Positions 11,612-23,317 of a stretch of 64,000 nucleotides of DNA are shown here, piece after piece. Every line of letters starts with the position of its first letter. The stretch's first letter is position 1. Under the pieces are notes generated by a model. It ran no database searches. It saw only the letters and a list, made by a program, of their open reading frames with translations, and was not told the origin of the DNA. The position numbers and the translations under genes are program-made. Origin of the DNA: Lytechinus pictus (lineage: Eukaryota); NCBI RefSeq assembly GCF_037042905.1, contig NC_087245.1, positions 14,944,001 through 15,008,000 on the forward strand. The letters are read 5' to 3'.

Positions 11612-13033
11612 CGCTATTATAGTCACGTTGTCGCTCTTTATGGTACACCCCCTCAGTTGGTTTATAAAAAAAATTGGGGGGGGGGGGGTGGCAGAATTCT
11701 AAATGACTAAATTCTGAATATATAGGCCCTATTTTTTTTCACCTGGCACACACACAAAATTAAGTAGATTATGTAAAAGTGACCCGAATTCTAGTGACTA
11801 ATCTTGACAATATTAATTTGGACATCTCACAAAGATTTGACTATCGCGTTGGGTGCACACGTACAGTATCAGGTAATCTTATCGTATTCACTATAATACG
11901 AGCACGGAATCAGGGGCGATGCTGCATGTGAGGAGTGGGGCTGATGCGGTGCGGCAGCTAGGTTCCCAGGAAAGAGGGAAAAGAAAATAACAAATCACCC
12001 CCACCCCACCCCTGTGATTTTGTTGAAGTTGTGAAAAAAATGGGAGAATTTTAAATCACTTAAATGACAAGGAAATGGAAAGGAAGGAAAGTATCAAAGT
12101 GGACGTCGTTCGTATAACTTCATAATCTCGAAAATTCATTAAAAAAGAGCAAGAAAATCACCCTCATGTTGCCCCCCCCCCTCCGCGCAAAGGCGTCACC
12201 CAGCCTGGCCATGCATACTGTATCAAAATTACTACTTAACATGCTAAACCGTTACTATATGCTACAGAAAATGCAGATGAAAGGTACCATGAAAGTTACC
12301 TTGATAGAAAATTTATGATATTTTAAAAGATCTATTTTTTTCTATTTATTTTTTTATATGTTACATACATTGCTATGATGTTGAGTTATTTATTAAACTG
12401 CAGGGCACCTTTGGAAAGCAGTTTTGCATAACTGAACAGGCCTACCCTGCAGTATAAAATATAAATAAATAAATATCTTTTCAAGGAGAATGACATTTGG
12501 TCGTCATGATCAACAGGGCCTATTTTTCGTTGTTTTTTTTACCAGAAAAATTTCAATTGCTCCATTAAGTATTTCATAATTGTTGCATTGATGACTAAAA
12601 TGCCACCAGTGCAAGATAATTCGAGTCAAATCTGAAGATAATTGGTCTACTCTCATTGGAGAGCTGAAGTACGGGGAGCGTTTCATGAAAGAACAAAGTC
12701 TGATTTATTCTTCAGTTAACGCAATCAAAATCGAGGAAAGTTGTCAGATCTGACATGTTGCCATACTTACAAATGTTGATGAAATGCTCTCCGGGGCTAG
12801 AATGTAAAGCAAGAAGTAACGTCATGTTTTTAATTATTTAGTAGTAATTGAAGTTCATGCTCAACATTATATGCTTACAATGATATCACAGGAAAGAGGG
12901 TAAAGAGAATTTTGCTTTGATGTGTTTGACGTGGACATACAGAAGAAGGATACTTGGATTCACCGAATGTAAAGACAGGACCCGTTAGTAGATCATATAT
13001 ATAGCTGCAGTTGCTACCTACTGTCATGAGGAA

Positions 13034-13246
13034 TTATTATCATTATTATTATTAATATTATTACTATTATTATCATTATTATTATCATTATTATTATTAT
13101 TATTGTTATCAGTATCATTATTATTATTATCATCATTATTATTATTATTGTTATTAATATTATTATTACCATTATTATTATTAGTAGTAGTATTAGTAGA
13201 AGTAGTAGTAGTAGTAGTCATGGTAGTAGTAGTAGTAGTAGTGGTA
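13034..13246. repeat. Compound microsatellite (ATT/ATC)n-(AGT)n
   Basis: Directly visible trinucleotide tract. Confidence 0.95.
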
Positions 13247-16200
13247 GACAAGTTTTATTATTTTAATATTATTATTATACTAAATCCAAAAACATTATTG
13301 TGTATGACCGAGCGCACTATGATTCTCCAGGGTATGGCACAAAATGTTGGACCCGGTTGGGTTAACATGTTACTGCAATGTTTTATTCATATAGCAAAAT
13401 GGAAGAAATGGTTGGGCACAAACGTGCCTCATTTTCCCATCTCTCATTTTCCATCCCTTCGTCGTTTTCGGAAAAAAGATAAACGCACTTCTCAATCAAG
13501 CATATCGTCAGTCATTACGAGGCTTAACTTGATATCTCACGAAGAATAATCAACAGTTTCCATGGCAACCTGCTGTGCATAATAACAGGAGATGAACAAA
13601 GCTCTTTGAAAATCAACTCAGATTGCCGACGGCGAACTCGGGAGGTGCATATGAATTGTGAATATATGGCGAATAAATTGCATTAAATTTCCTGCATTGG
13701 AAGAAAGACAATTCATTCGCTCGTCTGTCAGATATATGCATGGATGTGGGTGCCTGAATATTGGGGGGGGGGGATACTGAAGAAAACTTCAATATACAAT
13801 ATACAACACTTAAATAGCGCTTTATACAAGTATTTATAATTTCTTCCTTTAATATGAATACCTGTCTGTACAGTCTGTTACCAATTTACGTCAGTTGGGG
13901 ACCGTTTCATAAAGCTGTTCGGAAGTTGAGAATGACTTGTCATTTTACGCACGACTTAAAAATGATAAATCCCTATGTAGCTGACTCGGCACAAAGTCGT
14001 GTAAAGTCGTGCGTAACTTACAAATGGCTTTTATTTCAATACCATCCATGGTCGAGAGTGGCAAATGTAGATAAACGGACGGTTATATACCGAACCCCGA
14101 ATAATATGATCTAGTCGGGGGACACATCCTCTCTAGCCATGGCTGATGGGGTTCATTCCATTTTTATCAACTTTCAATAGGATATATGATATGGGAGAGT
14201 TGTAAAGTTAAGATAAAGATCCTATAAAATGTCTGTATACCACAAGAGTGACCTCCCTTTCATGCCCTCCCCTGAAAATACTCGGCCTCCCGTCCCCATC
14301 GTTAAGTTGTCCATAGTCCATTTTAATGATTTTAAATTCAGTTGAGCATAATGATGTTTACTAAGTACAAGTGCTTTATCTCATATTTTCTATCAGTCCA
14401 CATCTATCACCCTCTCCTACAAATCCCTTGGGCCTGATTGATAGTTAGAAGCCGGAATATAAATTATGTTGTTAACCGATGAGCATCAATTTTATGGCCA
14501 ATTATTAAAAACATGAAATCGTTTATTCAAGTAAGAAAGAAAACATGAAGATATGATGGGATACAGAAATGGCATTAATCCGGCATAGTTGAATGGCCAA
14601 CGTGTAATAAAACAATACAGGATAAACTTGGGGTGAATGTCTTTGAAGATTTCGTGTGTGAATAACGACAAGGAGCCAAGGACATGAAGGAAAGAGTGCT
14701 TATTGCATTCTAATTTAAATTATAATGGATAAACACAAAACAGTCGCTCTGTCCTTCGTTTAAACTTTCACGAACTTTGGCTGGTAGAATTGTTTTTCAT
14801 GTAATAATGATGATGATGATGATGATGATGATAGCATATAACATTATTGATAATAAAGATAATTATTCACCATCACCACCATCATTAACACGACCGTCCC
14901 AATAATGATGATGATGATGATAATGATTTCCACCGTCTCACATTCCGCTTCCGAGACTATAATATAGATGCATTTCTGCTCGATCGTTTGCCTCTTCATT
15001 TTAACCCAAAATAGTGTCCTTCTTTCCTGATTCTATATGATTTATCAATTTATCCATCCGCTCATCCATTAATTTATTAATGAACTAATTCATATTATCT
15101 TTCCATCCATTTATCAATCAATTCATTAACTAATTCTCTAGCCCCTTACGTTCGTATATAGGGCTTGTTTCGTTAGTGACATATCCGCATCATTCACGAT
15201 TACAAAAAGTGCCTACAACAACGTCGATCTCCTGTTTTTTATGTTTTTTACCTGAAAATTATATACCACGTTTATTTCAGATAATGTCAATTATTTTAAC
15301 TTGTTATATGATGCAATGTGCCGTTAGAAAAATTTGCATTATTGATTATAGTCTTTTTAGCAACTTTTTTAAAAGTTCTTTTTCATAATAATGAAAATAA
15401 AACTTAATTAGTATTAATTGTCATCTATAACAGGGATTTGATTTCCGTATATTTACAAAGTCGTATAGATTAGAATATGACAGGATTGATACAACTAACA
15501 CCACACAAAATAATAAAATGAGGCCCTGTAATGTCTTTATTTAGTAGGTTCCATGATACTGTCACACCGACGAAACCGACTCCAAACCAAGTCCATTTCA
15601 AATAAAGTACTGAATGGCTTTGATCGGTCTGGGGTCGGTTTCACTGATAAGACTATTAGTGTCTATTCATTAGCATGATGTTTACAGTAACAATATACAT
15701 GTATAATAAAAATTACACAAATGTACAATCTATAACTTTTTTAAAGATACTCCATAATATGTTGTCAAATCATTAAAAAAAGTACCGGAACACATTTCCA
15801 TCCACAGTTTACGCTAGGAGAAAACCGATTGACATTTCCATTTAATTTATGTTTATACTTTTTACGAAGCGCATGATCATATGTTTTAAAGATAAATGAA
15901 TTTTCATGGCATCTTAAACATCACATTACATTCCCAGATAGCACATAAGACTGTAGATCATATTTTCCAAAGTAATGAAATCCCTTTAGATAAGGATTAT
16001 GATAATACCCCCACAGCACTGTAAGATGAATGCATGGTGTGATCATAATGACTTCAATCCCGAGGGTCTCATTTAATCAAAGTTATTACCTGCTGAGACA
16101 GCACGCAGACGTCTTAGCAATATAATTATGCATTTCAGTTATAAAAGAAAAATGAACGTATGTTGTAGGATCGAAGAGCAGTTTCTAAACACGTACTAGT

Positions 16201-17272
16201 AACTTAAAGATTCATTGGATGTAAAGTGCACCAGTACTACATCAAAATGAATCTGATGTTCTGTCAAATAAAACAATGAAGTGAGTATAATGTAAATGAA
16301 GGCTTATATTTCAATAATTTCTTAGAAAGAATGGTTGAGATGTTTTACTTTCCACATAGCAATGAGAGGTGAATCGATTTTAGGCCAATCTCCGCGTCAA
16401 ACTTCTTATCGAAAATGTTGATGATTGTATTCCACAAAGATATAGGCTATTCTTTCCGACCACATTCACATAATGACAACATTCCCAAGGCTCTATAGGA
16501 GTTTCATTTAATCAAAATTATGATTACCCGGAATACCCGCTGACACAGCGAGAATTATAGGTCCTGCGTTTTTTGTTTTAAATGAAAATGAACTGAAGTT
16601 GATGATATTACCGATAACATGAAAAGGAGAAGTTTCGACTGAAATTTGTAAGCCCGTAGTTACAACTTCTAGTCAAATGACTACCATATAAAGCGTATTC
16701 ATGCAGTATAAGGGCGGCTCTATTTAATCCGCCAATGTATATAGAGAAGACCTCACCCCTCCACATCTGGCGATGGCGATGATAAACATTGGAAGGGGAC
16801 CCCCCCCCCCCTTTCGCTGGTCATATTTAAAGGAGAAATGGGCCTACGATAATTGTCTGTTTTGCATATCATTTTTAAAGTAAGAATTATGTAATTTTTC
16901 GTCTAGAACATTTTATTTCCTTTATCGCCCCTGGCGTGTGGTATAATAGTCTTGGGCAGCCGCTGCAGTGTGTAGTTTGTGATGACAATGATCACTTTGA
17001 ACCTATTACGCATCACCCTTTATAAATAAATTTCTAATCTCTCGTGTGGGGACCTTACGATTAAAATGTGTTATTTTCATTAGCATCATTTTATTTTATG
17101 AAAATTAGCATTATCATGGATACGGCGCACTTGATAAATAAACAAGGTATATTTCATGTTATTGCCAATTTCACTCATTTGCAACATGCTGTACCCGGCA
17201 GTTTTCAACTTTTAAGAGGGGTAGTTTGCATTATTTGATAGCAGTTAATACAGGCCTACTCATATTAATATA

Positions 17273-18008
17273 AGTAGTTATGGGTGAGACCTCATACCAA
17301 CTTGACCTTTGACCCGGTCAGCCATGACCTTTGACCCATGACCTTAGACCACATGACCTTTAACCCGGTCATGACCTTTGACCACATGACCTTTAGTCCG
17401 GTCAGCCTTTGACCACATGACCTTTAGTCCGGTCACCCACGCCCTTTGACCACATGACCAATACCCCGTTCAGCCTTTGACCACACGACCCGACGGCCCT
17501 AACCCAGACTTCCGGTCAGCCATGATGTCACCATGAAATGGTATTACGACACAGTTATGCAACCACCATGATGTCATCCCAGGGCATTACCCTTATTGCA
17601 CCATCGATATTGCACCACCGTGGCGTCATCGCCACGTATTGGTGATTTTCGGTCGACCTTATCACACGATGCAGCGACGTTGCACGGGTATTTTTAGCAT
17701 ACGATACGATGCACAAAAAGACATCTATACAGTTTCTTATTTAAAAAGTGATCATTCTCCGCCTACCAGCGGATATGTCAAGCGCCTCGCATGACGTCAC
17801 CAGCTACGCAAGCACCGTGATGTCATCCAAGAGAATTACCCTTTACCCGGTATTGCACCACCGTGGTGCAATCGTCATCGCCACGTATAGGATACGATGC
17901 ACATAAAAACGACGTATGATTTCTATACAGTTTCTTATTTAAAAAGTTCTTTCTCCGCCTACCAGCAGATATGTCAAGTGCCTCGCGGTTCACGATCGAT
18001 CACCCCAT
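17273..18008 (+). repeat. Left terminal inverted repeat (736 bp) of the Polinton-like element
   Basis: Reverse complement of 19646-20363 apart from four indels (14, 18, 2 and 12 bp) and a few substitutions. Confidence 0.95.
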
Positions 18009-18688
18009 ACACGCCCAACGCTCGTCATTGAACTAGGGAGATCATATTCAAGGTGAGAGCCGACTCTCTCTGCCTCTTAATTATTACAACAATTATTGGT
18101 AATCCAACATGTGATTATAATCATGATAATAGTGATATCTCTAGGCTCTACTCATTCCAGACTTTTCCCCATCAAAACTCTCTGACTTTTTCATACTGTT
18201 TTGTTCATACTTTTCATTTAACTCACATGACCTGCCCGGCTCTCTGACTCGCAAAAAGTATACTATATTGAAACCGGTAGATGACACCTTTAAATCAACT
18301 TCATTCATCCGCAGTACAGATGGTGATAACATGAAACACTATATAGTCAAGGATGATTCTTTATTACTATCATCATTTATTCTATTCCATTTCAATGTAG
18401 ATAGGTTCAGATATTGTATAAACAGCAGATTTTGATACAAAGGTAAAATAATGTAAGTTATGTTCTCAAATTATGTTGTAATAACAAACTAATTGTTAAC
18501 TGTTCATTGTTGATATTACAGTGAAGTTCTCGTTTTTCCATATTTTCGCTTAACTTAATGGATTGTAACATATGTATATGGATGGCATTCAGAAAATATC
18601 GGCTATGAACACAATGAAGTTCAATCTGTCATTTATGTTGACGGCGTTTTCTTGGATTATTATTATTTGACAAGCTGATGTGTGTGCC

Positions 18689-19342
18689 TTATTGGTTGTA
18701 GGCTCCATCTTCACCCTCCGTTTCTTCTCCACCATCATCATTATCGTCATCGTCACCTTGATACTGGAATAAACCATCGAATTGTGAACCATGCCTGGCT
18801 AACACTCTCTGTACGGCTTTCCGGAATTCCATGCCATTCTCTAATCTTTCCATGAGATCGGACACGATTTCATGATTGATGTCAGCGTCTTCGAGGTACA
18901 CGTTCTGCTGCAAAAACTGAGAGTAAAGATCGAAAAAGATGCGTTTGACTGCCTAGAGTAGTTTCACGTGAGCCTTTGCTTTAGCGTCTTCTTCTTCCAT
19001 TCCTTCTGAGATGTATTTCTGATATTTTTCGTCTCTCAAGTCCTTGGTGGCTGTCATGGCTTGCTCTAACCATCCTCGATAAGCAAGGTTGTCTTCAGTT
19101 TCTTCCATGTTTGCTGTCATTGACGAATCGTGTCCATCGCTTTCTGATACGCTCCTTTCGGAATCATCGTTGGATTCTTCAACTCTTTGCATTTGAGAGG
19201 GTGGGTCGGAGTCTTCATCTTCACTCGTTTCTTCTCCAGTATCATGCTCATTTTGTTCATGCCTCTGCATATCATACTTCCTACTAAAGGTTTTATCGCA
19301 TCGTGAACAAGCGTAGCGTTTGGACATATCCAACGTATTCAT
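18689..19342 (-). pseudogene. 217-codon C2H2 zinc-finger/acidic ORF within the Polinton-like element, interrupted by one in-frame TAG at 18955-18953
   Basis: YACSRCDKTFSRKYDMQRHEQNEH matches CxxC-x12-HxxxxH. Track ORFs 19342-18953 and 18913-18689 share a frame and read ...HVKLL*AVKRIFFDLYSQFLQQNVYLED... across the stop. Confidence 0.75.
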
Positions 19343-19451
19343 GTTGACTCAATGATTATTTGCTGGGAAATGAAGAAAATTAACGTTCAACCTTGTAATA
19401 ATACGTAATCATGAAACGCGCGCGAATGTACTTCGATTACTCACATATTTT

Positions 19452-19646
19452 TACGGATTCTACGGATTCTTACGGATTTTTACGGATTCGTACAGATTTT
19501 TACGGATTCTTACGGATTTTTACGGATTCGTACGGATTTTTACGGATTCGTACGGATTTTTACGGATTTTTACGGATTCTTACGGTTTCGTACAGATTTT
19601 TACGGATTCGTACGGATTTTTACGGATTCGTACAGATTTTTACGGA
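19452..19646. repeat. 10-bp tandem array TACGGATT(TT/CG/CT), about 20 units
   Basis: Directly visible; abuts the inner edge of the right TIR. Confidence 0.95.
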
Positions 19647-20363
19647 TGGGGTGATCGATCGTGAACGGGATCGTGAACCGCGAGGCACTTGACATATCTG
19701 CTGGTAGGCGGAGAAAGAACTTTTTAAATAAGAAACTGTATAGAAATCATACGTCGTTTTTATGTGCATCGTATCCTATACGTGGCGATGACGATTGCAC
19801 CACGGTGGTGCAATACCGGGTAAAGGGTAATTCTCTTGGATGACATCACGGTGCTTGCGTATAGCTGGTGACGTCATGCGAGGCGCTTGACATATCCGCT
19901 GGTATGCGGATAAGAAACTGTATAGATGTCTTTTTGTGCATCGTATCGTATGCTAAAAATACCCGTGCAACGTCGCTGCATCGTGTGATAAGGTCGACCG
20001 AAAATCACCAATACGTGGCGATGACGCCACGGTGGTGCAATATCGATGGTGCAATAAGGGTAATGCCCTTGGATGACATCATGGTGGTTGCATAACTGTG
20101 TCGTAATACCATTTCATGGTGACATCATGGCTGACCGGAAGTCTGGGTTAGGGCCGTCGGGTCGTGTGGTCAAAGGCTGAACGGGGTATTGGTCATGTGG
20201 TCAAAGGGCGTGGGTGACCGGACTAAAGGTCATGTGGTCAAAGGCTGACCGGACTAAAGGTCATGTGGTCAAAGGTCATGACCGGGTTAAAGGTCATGTG
20301 GTCAAAGGTCATGGCTGACCGGGTCAAAGGTCAAGTTGGTATGAGGTCTCACCCATAACTACT
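19646..20363 (-). repeat. Right terminal inverted repeat (718 bp) of the Polinton-like element
   Basis: Inverted copy of 17273-18008. Confidence 0.95.
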
Positions 20364-22796
20364 AATATAGCTCTATCAAAGTGATTAATGAATAGGCCTA
20401 TACCAAAAAGAGTGGTGATGGTAATGGTATAATAATGGAAGGTCATGGTGAAATCGAGACTTCTGTTATAGTGGAATAATCCAGCACTGTGTTGATCACA
20501 GGCAGTGGCGGAAACCGATGAGGGAAGAGGACCGAACGTCCAAAAAATTACTGAATTCTATTTCCAACATGATAAGATGATAATATTTACGGGGTTTCCT
20601 TGACCGTGAGGCCTATTCAACTTTCTAACAAATTCTATGCCAGAATTTGCTACTTGATTTGAAATGTGGTAATTTTAGAGCTCGCGTCTTTCGCTCGCGC
20701 GCAATTTATTTCTGAAAACGTACACCGGATCCAAAACTATAAGTCCCGATAAATTTTGCCGCATTTCATTTTTTATTATACAAGTTTTACTAAATTTACT
20801 CCATACGCAGAACTGACGATTCTTGTAAATTTTAAACTTGTCTCTATTTAAAAAACATTTCAGTCAATAATGATTCGTTCACATTTTCAAGGAAGTCTAG
20901 ACTAGGGATTATACACAAATAAGAAAAGTAATTAGCTTAGAAATAGTTGTGTCGTCTAGAAATACATCTAAAGGATTAGGAGCCCGCCTAATACAAATAT
21001 GTAATTTCTTTTCATACCACCAAAGGCCATATACCACTCTGTATTTTTTACCTTTTCTTTGGCCGCTTATCAAGTCCCCCCAAAATCAAACTTCGACCAA
21101 CTGCTGCTCTCTCGTGGGACTTAAAAAAATAACCCTCTCTATGTTCCATGAAAAAAATAATACTCAATTAATGACCCTTGAAGTTGTATTTGCAATATTT
21201 TACACACAAAAAATCTACCACACCAACCTAATTACGGGCCGAGGAGAAATCTATACTACCCTAAAATGGCAGGCCTGCATAAAATGGTATCCATTTATAT
21301 TGTGTTTACATATTGTGAGTGACGCAACATGGCATGTGGGACATGCATAAAACAAAACGCCAGCGAGGGAAGAAAATGGAATTTAAAAAAAGGAATATCA
21401 CATTTCCTTTCACTTTCATTTTCTTCATTTTCTCTTCTTTTTTTTTCTTGGTCATGAAACTTTTCTTTGGTCAATTCGTGCCACAAGCCTCCATCTATGA
21501 TATAATTATTTCAGTGGACATGATGGATGTGAGAAGTTGTGGGTGTAATGTTTTCGCGTTGGAATACCTGTTAAACTTATTTAAACGTGAGTCGAATCAT
21601 GTTTCAAAGTTTGCCAGCTTTAACCATGTTAACGTCTATAGCTTCTGTTGTCTTCATCCATCCCACAATCATTATCTTTAGTTCCTTATATTGAATTCTA
21701 ACAAAACCGTCCTTCCAAACATCAACATGTCACACTGGACTTTGTTACTTTTAATCTGACAATTGACATAGAGACATGCCTGCGTTTTCCTTTTTAAATG
21801 TTTACTCAGGTTACCATAGTATATACTTATGATGAAATACTTTTGCAAGTACATGATCACAAAGAATGCAACCGATCATTATTGATGCGGTAGGATGTTT
21901 CAGGGACGTTGAAATTTGGTAAAAGAGCTATTGAAATTGATTAATCGTCGTGAGCAATGGATATTTAAACGTATTTATCTCCGGCAATACAGACGTATTA
22001 GGTGCTGAGTAGACGCCAAATTGTTTTACCATAGCCCTATTCCATGGCGTCAGTCCATTTGACTCAATTTCGGAGTTAATTGACAGATGGAATGATCTTA
22101 ATCCTTGGGTCCATAGAGCGAATCTAAACAACAAAGAGATGAGATGGTAGATTTTAAAGTGTTAGGTCGTGTAAAAGATACTGAAATTATGCAAATAAGA
22201 ATAGATAGATGTAAATGGATGTCTATAATACAAGAGATCAATATTTAACAGATGACGATGTTTCCGTAAAAATATACACGTCTTTCAAAAGTGCACTTTA
22301 ACAATGTCAAAGCAGACGGCTTTTATACATTCTGAATGTCAGATGAGCTGAAGTTTTGAATTCTGTAGGGAATATCAGAAAACAGATGGATGGTCTGTGG
22401 TGACAAAAGGCAAAATAAAAACAAAACGTAATAAAATGATACAACAAATCTTACAAAAAGAGTGAATTTCAATCCTATATTATAACTAAAAACAAGAATA
22501 TAAATCGTTCGGATACTTGCTGTCGATCGTCCATGCCTCAAAAATCATATAATGGATCTTCCATCATTGCAAACGTCATGAGTTCAGAAACGATAGTATT
22601 ACATGATCAACGGGGGAGGGGGGGGGTGTACATGGAGAAAAATAAAGAGAAACTCATCTAGATTTTTTTTTCTTTGATCACCTTTTGATCAGCAAACACT
22701 TTCCTATGTATCGGGTAACCAGTATAAGGAGTAAAAGATAACAATCACGCCACATGCACTTTTTCACGTTTTACCAGCGTGTATAAAGTTACCTAG

Positions 22797-22903
22797 CAAA
22801 GGACGTATCCCTGCCCCCCTGACGAGCTTGAAAGACCTTTTTGCCCCCCCCCCCCCTTGACGAGCTTGAAGACCTTTATTGCCTCCCCTGACGAGCTTGA
22901 AGA

Positions 22904-22940
<37 letters not shown>

Positions 22941-23005
22941 TGTCAAATTTTTTGGCGGACGGTTTTGCCCCCCCCCCCCTGTGGAAAATCCTAGGTACGC
23001 CACTG
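22797..23005 (-). mobile_element. Truncated copy of the CAGTGGCGTACCTAGG MITE family
   Basis: Reverse complement of the terminus and body of the 38811-39145 element. Confidence 0.7.
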
Positions 23006-23036
23006 GTGCAGGGGCGACAATTTGTGGTGCAACATA

Positions 23037-23317
23037 CACTGTTAAAAAAAACCTGATTTTACAGGGGGAAGAAGATTTTGCAGAAAGCAATAACAGAATA
23101 ATTCTGTAAATTCATAAAACAGGAATTTTCTACAATTCAACAGAACAGGTCTGTTTAAAAAGGGGAAATTGGTGTTTTATTCAAGGAAATTTGTAAGGTT
23201 CCATACACCAAATACCAATTTCCTGTAATTTTACATGATATAATGTAAGATTACAGGTGTTCTCAAGACTCTGCTGCAAGAACTTCTTTTATTTTAAGAA
23301 TAAATTTTCTTACAGTG
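23037..23317. mobile_element. MITE with CACTGT...ACAGTG termini and TA flanks (CMC/EnSpm-like or Tc1-like)
   Basis: TA|CACTGTTAAAAAAA ... TTTTCTTACAGTG|TA. Related CACT-ended elements occur near 25111-25367, 37981-38178 and 60944-61812. Confidence 0.55.

Larger units (their letters stand above)
17273..20363. mobile_element. Miniature (internally deleted, non-autonomous) Polinton/Maverick-like element
   Basis: 5'-AGTAGT...ACTACT-3' termini; AATATA duplicated at 17267-17272 and 20364-20369; long TIRs at 17273-18008 and 19646-20363. A 6-bp TSD, AG...CT ends with a short terminal repeat and long TIRs are established Polinton hallmarks. Confidence 0.88.

Noticed and set aside
13024..13549. Poly-N/T and poly-L/V ORFs
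   Set aside because: Produced by the (ATT)n/(AGT)n microsatellite.
19411..19692. 93-aa ORF with repeated YGFLRI/TDFYG peptides; CRISPR-like appearance
   Set aside because: It is the translation of the 10-bp tandem array. There are no spacers and no cas genes, and the context is eukaryotic.
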